NCBI GenBank assembly: GCA_001871075.1
Contig: MNUP01000143.1
Location: forward strand, 1-62,376
Length of the DNA stretch: 62,376 bases
Direction of reading: 5' to 3'
From: Candidatus Desantisbacteria bacterium CG1_02_49_89
GTDB lineage: Bacteria; Desantisbacteria; UBA1551
The notes beneath the pieces are model-generated. The model saw nothing but the letters and a program-made list of their open reading frames with translations. It was not told where the DNA came from and searched no databases. Within the stretch, counting starts at the first letter, position 1. Every line of letters begins with the position of its first letter. A program made the position numbers and the translations under genes. This document shows, piece by piece, positions 1 to 7,858 of the stretch.

Positions 1-226
1 CTCGCAATGACAACTCAAAGCAGAATCAAATGTCAAGGGATTTATGTGACACCATACTAGTGTGGTGTCTCTAACAGTTCTTTACATTTGGGCTGTCATT
101 GCGAGGAGTGTTAACGACGAAGCAATCTCGACCTAAAAATCGAGATTGCCACGCTCCCTTTGGTCGCTCGCAATGACAACTCAAAGCAGAATCAAATGTC
201 AAGGGATTTATGCGACACCATACTAG
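1..226. repeat. 60-bp direct repeat pair (1..60 and 167..226) enclosing two perfect palindromes
   Basis: The two copies differ at one base (tgtgac vs tgcgac). Palindromes gacacca-N8-tggtgtc (48..69) and gcaatctcga-N8-tcgagattgc (122..149) lie between them. Copy 1 may extend left of the window. Confidence 0.85.
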
Positions 227-302
227 AAACTGTTAAGCAAAGAATTTCCACGAAAACACTGAAGTACGGAAGCACAGAGAACTAATTCTTGGCTTCATAC
301 TT

Positions 303-372
303 GACACTTGATACTAACAAGATCATGAAACAAACAATCAAGCATTTTACAGGGATCTTCGATAGAGATTTA
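303..372 (+). repeat. 70-bp repeat, copy 1 (identical to 2811..2880)
   Basis: gacacttgatactaacaagatcatgaaacaaacaatcaagcattttacagggatcttcgatagagattta occurs twice in the same orientation. The 3' part is the TTTTACAGGGAT...GATTTA unit. Confidence 0.9.
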
Positions 373-462
373 CAATGCTTTTGATTAAAGCAAAAAAAAA
401 GGTATTTTGAATCCCGCTGGATCACTGTAAAGGCCTGCCATCCAGGTTTTTATTTCTTAGCC

Positions 463-509
463 ATTGCCGATAAATTGGTAATGTATTGCCGATAAATTGC
501 CGATAAACC
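463..509. repeat. Tandem word array (ATTGCCGATAAA x3) just 3' of the fic stop
   Basis: attgccgataaatt / attgccgataaatt / ttgccgataaacc read directly from the sequence. Confidence 0.8.
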
Positions 510-585
510 GTAGGTTCTTGCCCTTGCACGGAAATCAGCGGATGTAGACGAATTGGCAATATTACTGCAAAAGCCCGAAATAGAA

Positions 586-1488
586 TTAGACATAGATTAG
601 CGCAGATTCCTGCGGTTCGGTAGAAATCCCTTTCCTGGCATAACGAAGGGTTTCTTTCTTTGCTTCGTTAAAAACCTTTGACAACAATACGATAAAATAT
701 TCCATCCAGGGCGTCAGATCAGCTTTGTTCCTGCCTTCATAATAATTATGGCCTGCATTCACCGTCAGGGCATTATAATAACCTTCTAATTCCCTGGCGT
801 GATGCTCTTCCAGTGAAAAAAATCCGTTTAATCCATAGCCGTCCCGCTGCAGGATAAAAGTTGCCAGAAGCCTGGCAGTTCTTCCATTGCCGTCATAATA
901 AGGATGAATGGTGACGAACTGATAATGAAGCAACCCCGCGATAACAGGAGCGGGTAATTTTGATCTTTCAGCGTATTTAACCCACCCGGCTAATTCAGAC
1001 ATAAGTTTCGGCACATCCTTTGCAGCGGGAGGGAGATACACGATCGCATTAGTAACAGAATCTTTTACCGCGTTCTGTTCGGTTCTGTAGGGAGTCGGTT
1101 TTGCCCGCGCACCCCTTTCCACCAGGGCATGCAGGCGGCGGATCAAGCTTTCAGTGAGCGGTGCTTTCAGGGCAGCCCAGTCTTCCACCCGCAATAAAGC
1201 GTTCCAATAATTACGGACTTCACTTATATCTCTTTCTCTGCCATGAAATTTTACACGCTTTTGCCTGATAGCCTGTTCGGCCTGTTTTAATGTCAGCTTA
1301 TTGCCCTCAATGCGCGTGGAATAGTGTGTTGATCTCACGCGTGCCTTATTCCTCAGCTCCAGCGCTACAACAGGCGCAAGCAAGGTATTTTCTACCACAG
1401 CCCTGGCAGACTCTATTTCCATTAAACTGCGGGCGATCGCGGAAGTAATATTATAAATTGGTTTCCAAATTAAACATTTTTTTGGCAT
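586..1488 (-). CDS. Fic family protein (AMPylase-type Fido domain)
   Basis: ORF 586..1590 trimmed to the ATG at codon 35 (MPKKCLIW...). Canonical Fic motif HPYYDGNGRTARLL is present. The 34 upstream codons are translated repeat DNA. Confidence 0.85.
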   Translation of the reverse strand: MPKKCLIWKPIYNITSAIARSLMEIESARAVVENTLLAPVVALELRNKARVRSTHYSTRIEGNKLTLKQAEQAIRQKRVKFHGRERDISEVRNYWNALLRVEDWAALKAPLTESLIRRLHALVERGARAKPTPYRTEQNAVKDSVTNAIVYLPPAAKDVPKLMSELAGWVKYAERSKLPAPVIAGLLHYQFVTIHPYYDGNGRTARLLATFILQRDGYGLNGFFSLEEHHARELEGYYNALTVNAGHNYYEGRNKADLTPWMEYFIVLLSKVFNEAKKETLRYARKGISTEPQESALIYV

Positions 1489-1504
1489 ACTCAATTCCTT
1501 AGTT

Positions 1505-1850
1505 AACCCCCTGCAGTCCGATGCAACATCGGACTCAATGCAGGGGCCTGCGCCCGCCAATATTCGTGGCGGGCTGCGGCACGAAAGCACTCCGCCCGAT
1601 GGCCATCGGGGCGGGTGAAAGCGTGCGATGAATCACGCCCCTACAAAGGGCGGGCAAGCCCGCCCTTACGTAAAAATGTCCCGATGAATCGGGACCGCTA
1701 CAGAAACACGCAAGCCTACCCCCGCAGACCTCCCTCCTAAAAGATTTGCACCTTAAATATTGGCGCATCCGCCAATTCTTAAGGCGGAGGCGGGCTGGGC
1801 GGGGGTCTTCGAAAAGCCCTGAGTTACGAAATCTCTTTGATTTGACACTT
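1505..1850 (-). repeat. REP/BIME-like mosaic of nested palindromes and GTAG+hairpin units
   Basis: Contains the 95-bp module also found at 2622..2709 and hairpin+CTAC/TTAC units at 1621..1644, 1648..1669 and 1678..1701. It also holds a ~90-bp palindromic module (1725..1816) repeated in inverse orientation at 7601..7686. Confidence 0.8.
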
Positions 1851-1851
1851 G

Positions 1852-2220
1852 TCATTTGGCACTATCTTTGTTCCTTCTATATAAAGCTGTATTCTCATAT
1901 ATAATTTTGCCGTTCTTTTTTATTTCTCCCAAAATATCCATATCATCAGCTTTTTTATATTCTTTTTCTGTGAATCCAAGCGCCTCAATTTCTGTTGTTT
2001 TGGTTTTCCATGCAATAGTTCCAAGCGCTACTAACCTGTCGAAATAATTCATGTTCTTAAAACCGTCAGAAACCACAGCTAAATCAATATCGCTGTATTT
2101 CTTATACCGGCCGTCAACGAATGATCCAAACAGCACAACCCTTTTTATAGCGAAGCGCTTATTAGTTTCTTTGATAAATTTATCTATAGTTTTTATAAGC
2201 TTAGTTTTTTCAGCAGCCAT
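1852..2220 (-). CDS. Minimal nucleotidyltransferase (MNT) of a HEPN/MNT pair
   Basis: LFGSFVDGRYKKYSDIDLAV matches the GS-X9-DxD nucleotidyltransferase signature. The gene overlaps the upstream HEPN gene by 28 nt. Confidence 0.8.
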   Translation of the reverse strand: MAAEKTKLIKTIDKFIKETNKRFAIKRVVLFGSFVDGRYKKYSDIDLAVVSDGFKNMNYFDRLVALGTIAWKTKTTEIEALGFTEKEYKKADDMDILGEIKKNGKIIYENTALYRRNKDSAK

Positions 2221-2591
2221 CTATATATCTCCATTGTATCAGAAATAATACCTGCGGCAATTTTGTAGCTTGAAATGTTCATCGCTTTTTTATATACCGG
2301 ATAACGCGTTATAATATAATATTTGTCAATTTTTATGATTTTGCTTATAATTTGTTTTGAAGGTTCAAGTTTAAGGATCTGGCATAATCTTTCTAATTTG
2401 TGAATATATGGCGGAACGGTTTTTTCGCGTTTGACGTAACCTGCCTTCAAGCATTTTTCCAGAGCTTGCTGGCATATAAAAGCACACCAGGTGTATCTGT
2501 GAGCCTTTAGCATAGCTTCAGCAGAAATTAAATCTTCTTTTGACATTTCCAACCAATATTTATAAACTAATTCAGGATTAATATTTTCCAT
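2193..2591 (-). CDS. HEPN domain protein (partner of MNT)
   Basis: 132-aa helical protein that overlaps the MNT gene. Size, context and AT-rich composition are typical of HEPN/MNT modules. Confidence 0.6.
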   Translation of the reverse strand: MENINPELVYKYWLEMSKEDLISAEAMLKAHRYTWCAFICQQALEKCLKAGYVKREKTVPPYIHKLERLCQILKLEPSKQIISKIIKIDKYYIITRYPVYKKAMNISSYKIAAGIISDTMEIYRWLLKKLSL

Positions 2592-2621
2592 TTTTTTGGC
2601 TTTTACAAATGACTACCTTTT

Positions 2622-2709
2622 AACCCCCTGCAGCTGCTGCGCAGCTCAATGCAGGGGCCTGCGCCCGCCAATAATCGTGGCGGGCTACGGCACGAAAGCA
2701 CTCCGCCCG
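2622..2709 (-). repeat. Second copy of the ~90-bp upstream module (compare 1505..1599)
   Basis: aaccccctgcag-[inner hairpin]-tcaatgcaggggcctgcgcccgccaatNNtcgtggcgggctNcggcacgaaagcactccgcccg is shared by both copies. Only the inner hairpin differs. Each copy sits 17-30 nt upstream of a start codon (fic, HEPN). Confidence 0.85.
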
Positions 2710-2810
2710 TCTTTCAGCGGGCGAGACTTCGCCCACCTGAAAGGATGGGCGAGGAAAGCACGAAAAAAGACATTTTTGGCTTCTCTTACAGAGCCTACGT
2801 CGGCAAACTG

Positions 2811-2880
2811 GACACTTGATACTAACAAGATCATGAAACAAACAATCAAGCATTTTACAGGGATCTTCGATAGAGATTTA
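2811..2880 (+). repeat. 70-bp repeat, copy 2 (identical to 303..372)
   Basis: Exact match read from the sequence. Confidence 0.9.
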
Positions 2881-2928
2881 GACTACTATATCTTGCCTTT
2901 TAAATCTCATTAAATCCCTGTGAAAAAG
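2851..2928. mobile_element. MITE-like inverted pair of TTTTACAGGGAT...GATTTA units
   Basis: cattttacagggatcttcgatagagattta (2851..2880) faces ttttaaatctcattaaatccctgtgaaaaag (2898..2928). Confidence 0.6.
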
Positions 2929-3031
2929 CATATCTTTTAACAGGGATCCTGCTACGCTCTTCGAGCTTTCTACTACGCTAAAGCTTCGAAGAACAAGTCG
3001 AAGGGTAAATTATTAAAAGAGATTAAAAACA

Positions 3032-3200
3032 TTTTTTACAGGGATCTTCGATAGAGATTTAAAATACAGTCATTTGTCCCACCCAGTAAGATTTCCTCCT
3101 TAAAGACTGGCGGACAAGGACGGGCAGGCATTAGTCATTTGTCATGAGTAAAAAACCATGGCTGAAACTATTAAATCTCTTTCGTAAGATCACTGAAAAG
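3032..3200. mobile_element. MITE-like inverted pair of TTTTACAGGGAT units with ~110-bp interior
   Basis: ttttttacagggatcttcgatagagatttaa (left) faces ttaaatctctttcgtaagatcactgaaaag (right, 3171..3200). The interior carries agtcatttgtc words twice. Confidence 0.55.
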
Positions 3201-3239
3201 AAAGGTGGTTTAACTCCTGACACCCAAATTTTACAAATC

Positions 3240-3524
3240 TTAGTAAGATTCCCCTCTTTCCTTAACAGTGAGCATAGATAGTATTTTTTCTTTTTCGTCA
3301 ATGGAATAAAAAAATCGCCAATCTCCAATGCGATATCTCCATACTTCATTATACTTGCCATGGAGTTTTTTTATGTTAAGGCCATAGTGGGGTTCTTCCT
3401 TTAATTGAGGATAAACATATTCAGCAAGCTTAAGTTTAATTTTTTCTTTGCGTCCTTTAAAGCCTTGGTGCTCTAACTTTTCAAGGAATTGGCTGGTTTC
3501 AAAAATTCTATACCTACCGCTCAT
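3240..3524 (-). CDS. RelE/ParE family toxin
   Basis: 94 aa. The C-terminal WRYRIGDWRFFYSIDEKEKILSMLTVKERGESY resembles RelE/ParE toxins. It overlaps the upstream antitoxin gene by 4 nt. Confidence 0.75.
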   Translation of the reverse strand: MSGRYRIFETSQFLEKLEHQGFKGRKEKIKLKLAEYVYPQLKEEPHYGLNIKKLHGKYNEVWRYRIGDWRFFYSIDEKEKILSMLTVKERGESY

Positions 3525-3760
3525 ACAAACCTGCCTTTTCTTTCTTTTGCCTGCCTTAAACCAGTATTTAATTCCCCGATTAGTTTTTTATCCTTCTCTA
3601 TTTCTGCCATCTCCGCTGAATCAACAAAAATCTCTTCTTCAAGTTTCCTTAATGCCAGTGTAGTGATAAAATTACTAATAGAGCGGTGGTCCCTTTTCGC
3701 TCCAATTACAAATTTTTTATAAACTTCCCCGGGCAGCGCTAATGTAATATTCTTGCTCAT
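3521..3760 (-). CDS. RHH/CopG-like antitoxin
   Basis: ATG at 3760 is preceded by AGGAGG (3765..3770). The N-terminus MSKNITLALPGEVYKKF is ribbon-helix-helix-like. The gene is translationally coupled to the RelE gene. Confidence 0.7.
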   Translation of the reverse strand: MSKNITLALPGEVYKKFVIGAKRDHRSISNFITTLALRKLEEEIFVDSAEMAEIEKDKKLIGELNTGLRQAKERKGRFV

Positions 3761-3781
3761 GTTTCCTCCTTGTTTATACTT

Positions 3782-3809
3782 ATTATACATAGAAATAAGT
3801 TTTTGTCAA
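3782..3809 (-). promoter_or_regulatory. Sigma70-type promoter of the RHH-RelE operon
   Basis: On the minus strand: TTGACA (3809..3804), 16-nt spacer, TATAAT (3787..3782), about 20 nt upstream of the ATG at 3760. Confidence 0.6.
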
Positions 3810-3977
3810 ATATGGGATATTAAATTCCAGTACAATCCTGTTAAAGACTTTTTTACAGGGAACTTAAGAGAACTTAGATTGCTTTTAAATCACTGTGAAA
3901 AGCCTTTAAAGCATTTACAGGGATCTTCGAACGGGATTTAGACTGCTGTTTTCAGGGCTCCCACCTTAAGAATACAT

Positions 3978-4246
3978 CAGGGCTGAAGCCCTGAGTTACG
4001 AAATACGCGGGCTTGATAAATCAAGCCCCTACAAACGTGCGATGAATCGCACCGCTACAAAGGGCGGGTGAAATATCCGGGCTCAATGAATTGAGCACCT
4101 ACATACACGCAGGCTTAAGCCTGCGGCTACAAAGGGCGGGCAACCGCCCATGAGATGGGCGAGTTCTCTGAAGCCCGCCCCTACGTAAAAATGTCCCGAT
4201 GAATCTTATCCCTGCAGCGCCTCCGGCGCTTAATGCAGGGACCTAC
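3978..4246 (-). repeat. Head-to-tail array of 7 GTAG+hairpin (REP/BIME-like) units
   Basis: Seven different GC-rich stem-loops are each followed on the + strand by CTAC/TTAC (unit ends near 3999, 4032, 4058, 4102, 4130, 4184 and 4246). Confidence 0.8.
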
Positions 4247-6228
4247 GAATCAGAACGGGGTTGATGATTCTCCGGGGATTTTTTCTTCTTACGGTGTCTT
4301 TTGCCGGAGAAGAATCTTTTAATTTTATGCCACCAGGTCCTTTCGCCTTGTTCCTCGCCGTTACTGTAATTATAGTCGTAGTAATAGTTGTAATACTTGT
4401 TATAATAATACTTGTTCGTTGCCCCGCTCTTTGTTTCGTTAAGGACCACCCCGAGTATCGGCGTTTTTATTTTTTTAAGCTGTTCCACAGCCCTGTTCAG
4501 CATCCCCTTGGCGACTTTGCCTACCTGATAAACCAAGACGACCCCATCCGATATTTCGCTTAACAGGATGGCGTCGCTGACAGGAAAAATGGGAGGCGAA
4601 TCAAGGACAACAAGGTCAAACTTAGACCTTACGGTTCCGATCAATTCCTTGAAATCCTTTGAATTTATTAAATTGCTGGGGTTGTAGGGAATTGTCCCGC
4701 AGGTAATAACCTTCAGGTTGCTGCGGACAAGTGTGTTTTCCTGCGAGCTTACGTTAAGCCTGCCTTTTATCTCTTTAAAATGGCTATTGATATCACTGGA
4801 ATTTACTACTAAATCCGTCAGGCCGGGTTCGCGCTCAACCCCGAACATCTGGTGTATAGCCGGCTTCCTGAAATCCGTTTCAAGAAGGAGGACTTTCAGG
4901 TTTGACTGTGCGCAGATGATCGCGAAGTTTGAAGCGGTAAGCGTCTTGCCCTCACCTGAGATGGTGCTTGTGAACAGGACAACCTTGCTCGCGCCTTCTT
5001 TTATGCCGGAAACCCTCATACTCACCTGGAACCTGCGGTAAGCTTCCGCGAACACGGATGTCGGGCTGTAGAGAATAAGATTCCTGCTGATGAGTTCATT
5101 ACTCTCGTCTTTATCCGGATCTCCGTTACCTTTCCCGTTTATGCTTATGAAAGGGATCATTCCAAGGACAGGAAGATGCAGGTATCCTTCCACTTCCTCG
5201 ATCGTGCCCATTGAAGTATCAAGGTTATCCCGGATGCTTGCAAAGCCTAAACCTGCCATCAGGCCCGCTATGATCCCGACCATCATATTCAACGGCTTGT
5301 TGGGAATAACCGGGTTTTCAGGCGTCATAGGGAAATTGATAACGGTCACAGGGGAGAAATTCTGCGCTTCGGATATAAGGGCTTCCTTATACCTCGTATT
5401 GAGCGTAATTATTTCATTCTCAGCCATAGTAACTTCCATTTTCAATCTTTCCTTCTCCGCTTCCAGCACCGGGAGTTTCTTTAAGGTGCCCTCGATCTCT
5501 TTTATCTGTTTTCTCTGGTTGATCACAGAAAGGTGATTTTCCGTGTATTTGTCTATAAGGACAGGCAGCTGCATTTGTAAATTGGCAAGCTTAGATTTCA
5601 ACAGTTCCCCGGATTCAATGGCGCGCGCCTTTTCCGACTCTTGAAACTTGATCAAGTCCTGCTGGGCTTTATCCCGCGATCCCTTTGCCAGGACGATCTG
5701 GTTTTCCACAAAACGCCGGACTTCCACGGCTTCCCGGCTCTGTTCCTGGAAGCTTGCCTCTTTATAAACCTCGATAAGGGTGTTTGCCAGAAAAACAGCG
5801 TTTTCAGGTTTTCTACCGGCAAAATCTATCTTTACAAGATCTTTTGTCCCCTTCTGGGAAACAACGGTTATTCTGGAATTTAAATATGCGATGCTCTTTT
5901 CAACATCTAAAGGAGAGGAATCAACGCCGATAAGCCCCATTCTCAAGGCCGTGTTTTTCAACACGCCTGAGCTTGTTATTGATTTCAGCTCGCTTTCCAG
6001 GTTCTGGTCCCTGGAAGAAAAGAAATCCTCTATTGACCTGGGCGCCGAAGCGAATTTTATCCTTATTATCGCGGAAGCCTTATAAACGGGGATCTTGTAC
6101 TCGGTATAGATAAAAGTCAGGGCAACAGCCGCAGCCAGGCAGCAGACTATCGTCCATCTCTGCCTGGAAAAGATCCTCAGGTATTCGGTGATATCCATTT
6201 CTTTGTCAGGCGATCCGGTTTCCAGCAT
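4243..6228 (-). CDS. Polysaccharide co-polymerase / BY-kinase (Wzc/GumC-like tyrosine autokinase)
   Basis: N-terminal chain-length-determinant region with TM segments, a P-loop (TSTISGEGKT) and a terminal Tyr cluster (NKYYYNKYYNYYYDYNY). AGGAGG lies 8 nt before the ATG. Confidence 0.85.
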   Translation of the reverse strand: MLETGSPDKEMDITEYLRIFSRQRWTIVCCLAAAVALTFIYTEYKIPVYKASAIIRIKFASAPRSIEDFFSSRDQNLESELKSITSSGVLKNTALRMGLIGVDSSPLDVEKSIAYLNSRITVVSQKGTKDLVKIDFAGRKPENAVFLANTLIEVYKEASFQEQSREAVEVRRFVENQIVLAKGSRDKAQQDLIKFQESEKARAIESGELLKSKLANLQMQLPVLIDKYTENHLSVINQRKQIKEIEGTLKKLPVLEAEKERLKMEVTMAENEIITLNTRYKEALISEAQNFSPVTVINFPMTPENPVIPNKPLNMMVGIIAGLMAGLGFASIRDNLDTSMGTIEEVEGYLHLPVLGMIPFISINGKGNGDPDKDESNELISRNLILYSPTSVFAEAYRRFQVSMRVSGIKEGASKVVLFTSTISGEGKTLTASNFAIICAQSNLKVLLLETDFRKPAIHQMFGVEREPGLTDLVVNSSDINSHFKEIKGRLNVSSQENTLVRSNLKVITCGTIPYNPSNLINSKDFKELIGTVRSKFDLVVLDSPPIFPVSDAILLSEISDGVVLVYQVGKVAKGMLNRAVEQLKKIKTPILGVVLNETKSGATNKYYYNKYYNYYYDYNYSNGEEQGERTWWHKIKRFFSGKRHRKKKKSPENHQPRSDS

Positions 6229-6385
6229 GTTTGAAATCCTCCTTTCCTTTTAGAAGATGATTACAGCGATTAAAGACCGATGTCAGCGATAAAAACATTT
6301 TTTACAGGGATCTTCGAACGGGATTTAAACTACTGATATCAGGGCTGAAGCCCTGAGTTACGAAAGCTGTAACTGTAATAAATCA

Positions 6386-7351
6386 TCAGGGCAAATCCAT
6401 GACTTCCTTGATTATGTAGTTCAGGTAATAGATCACCTGCAAAGGCGGCAGGATCTGCGACGCAAAGGTTGTGACATTACCGAGAACGGAACGCGGCACG
6501 TAAACAATATCCCCGGAAAGCAGAGCGATGTCTTCCTTCGGGCCGGGGCGGGAAAGAGCCCTGTCAAAATTCGCGTGGATCGTTTTCGGGTTCACGTCTC
6601 CCCTTACAACCCTGATGGATGAAGGGGACGCGGACGCCTTGAGCCCCCCGGCGCAGGCGATAAGCGCAAGCAGGGTGGGCGCTCTCCTCTCGTCGTATAA
6701 CCCGGGCTGTGGAACCTCCCCGAAAATAAACACCCCTCTTGACTTTGTCAGTTCGGGCACATAAACAACATCCCCGGGCTGCAGCTGCACATTCCTGCTC
6801 TGTGTGTCCGCGGAGAGCAGGTCTTCAAAATCTACAAGTTCAATGCCGGAAGTGTTTTTCCGGAATATCTTTACCTCGCCGGGAGAAGCCTCTCTTGTCA
6901 GGCCGCCTGCCTCTGACAGGGCTTCAAGGAGGCCTTCTCCCTGCATGTGGGCATAAGAACCGGGCGCCCTTACGCTGCCCAGCAGGAAAACCTTCTTATC
7001 CCCAGTTTTTTTGAGTATTATGGTAACCTTCGGCTTTTTAACGTATTCCGAGATCCTGGCTTGTATCGACGCTGCCAGCGAAACAGGCGTCTGGTTTTTC
7101 GCGGCTATGTCGCCGACAAGAATGTATGATATCTTCCCGTCAGGCCGCACAATTACATCACGGGTAAGTTCATCGTAACCCCACACGGAAATTTCCAGTA
7201 TGTCTCCGGCATCAATAAGGTATTCATAAACAGGCCCTTGCGCGGATGTGTCTGACTGCGGCTGCCCGGTAACCGCGGCAGGCATTTCACCTGCCTGCAG
7301 GCACACGGCTGTGAAAAGAATGAAACAGAATATAAACAATTTGCGAAGCAT
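6386..7351 (-). CDS. Polysaccharide export protein (Wza-like, Poly_export + SLBB)
   Basis: Signal peptide MLRKLFIFCFILFTAVCLQA. Repeated GD(I/V)(L/V)xV(P/W) export/SLBB motifs. AGGAGG SD. Confidence 0.8.
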   Translation of the reverse strand: MLRKLFIFCFILFTAVCLQAGEMPAAVTGQPQSDTSAQGPVYEYLIDAGDILEISVWGYDELTRDVIVRPDGKISYILVGDIAAKNQTPVSLAASIQARISEYVKKPKVTIILKKTGDKKVFLLGSVRAPGSYAHMQGEGLLEALSEAGGLTREASPGEVKIFRKNTSGIELVDFEDLLSADTQSRNVQLQPGDVVYVPELTKSRGVFIFGEVPQPGLYDERRAPTLLALIACAGGLKASASPSSIRVVRGDVNPKTIHANFDRALSRPGPKEDIALLSGDIVYVPRSVLGNVTTFASQILPPLQVIYYLNYIIKEVMDLP

Positions 7352-7410
7352 ACTGCCTCCTTTGTAGTGTCAGAGTATCAAAGTGAAAAAAAGTGATAAT
7401 ATTGTATACT

Positions 7411-7439
7411 ATTATATACTAAAAAATAAGAAAAGTCAA
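7411..7439 (-). promoter_or_regulatory. Sigma70-type promoter of the wza-wzc operon
   Basis: On the minus strand: TTGACT (7439..7434), 17-nt spacer, TATAAT (7416..7411), about 60 nt upstream of the wza ATG. Confidence 0.6.
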
Positions 7440-7440
7440 G

Positions 7441-7858
7441 TTTCGCGGGTAGCGAACCCTTGTATCGTGCATCGTAACATCGTAGCATCGCCCGCCCCGA
7501 TGGTCCTCGGGGCGAGGTCTCGCCCCAAAGGGGCGGATAACATCGTTTTTTAGATACATCAGGGCTGAAGCCCTGAGTTACGCAAACTGTAACTATAACT
7601 CAGACCTTTTCGAAGACCCGCCTCCGCCTTAAGAATTGGCGGATGCGCCAATATTTAAGGTGCAAATCTTTAAGGATGGAGGTCTGATAAATACATCAGG
7701 GCGAGCCCTCGCCCCTTTGGGGCGGGCGAAATACGCGGGCTTGATAAATCAAGCCCCTACACCGCAAAGTTACCCCCGCAGACCTCCCTCCTAATAAAAC
7801 TGGCGGGTCTTCGAAAAGGTCTGCCCTACGAAAACACGCAAAGCTACTACGAAAGATG
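7441..7858 (-). repeat. REP/BIME-like mosaic (word array, GC hairpins, inverted copy of the 1725..1816 module)
   Basis: Contains atcgt words (7462..7490), the hairpin family copy at 7560..7582, the palindromic module at 7601..7686 and hairpin+CTAC units at 7737..7760 and 7819..7829. Confidence 0.8.

Noticed and set aside
1535-1855. ORFs lying entirely in repeat mosaics (1535..1855, 2596..2913, 2620..2853, 24099..24425, 37149..37415).
   Set aside because: Their sequence is the palindromic or REP-like vocabulary itself, the same DNA recurs in both orientations elsewhere, and no start context is present.
3978-4246. The hairpin arrays might be integron attC sites (structure conserved, sequence variable, GTTAC-like ends).
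   Set aside because: There are no cassette ORFs between the hairpins, no intI integrase or attI in the window, and the units are far shorter than attC sites. The REP/BIME analogy fits better.
2851-6330. The ~30-bp TTTTACAGGGAT...GATTTAA units looked like CRISPR repeats (compare GTTTAAATCCCGCTCGAAGATCCCTGTAAAA).
   Set aside because: Copies are irregularly spaced (tens of bp to several kb), occur in both orientations, are often arranged as inverted pairs, are degenerate, are separated by genes, and have no cas genes nearby. This is a dispersed repeat, not an array.
6340-6362. The GC-rich intergenic hairpins might be Rho-independent terminators.
   Set aside because: None of the copies I inspected is followed by a U-tract on the transcribed strand. 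They also sit between tightly linked co-oriented genes with downstream SDs.
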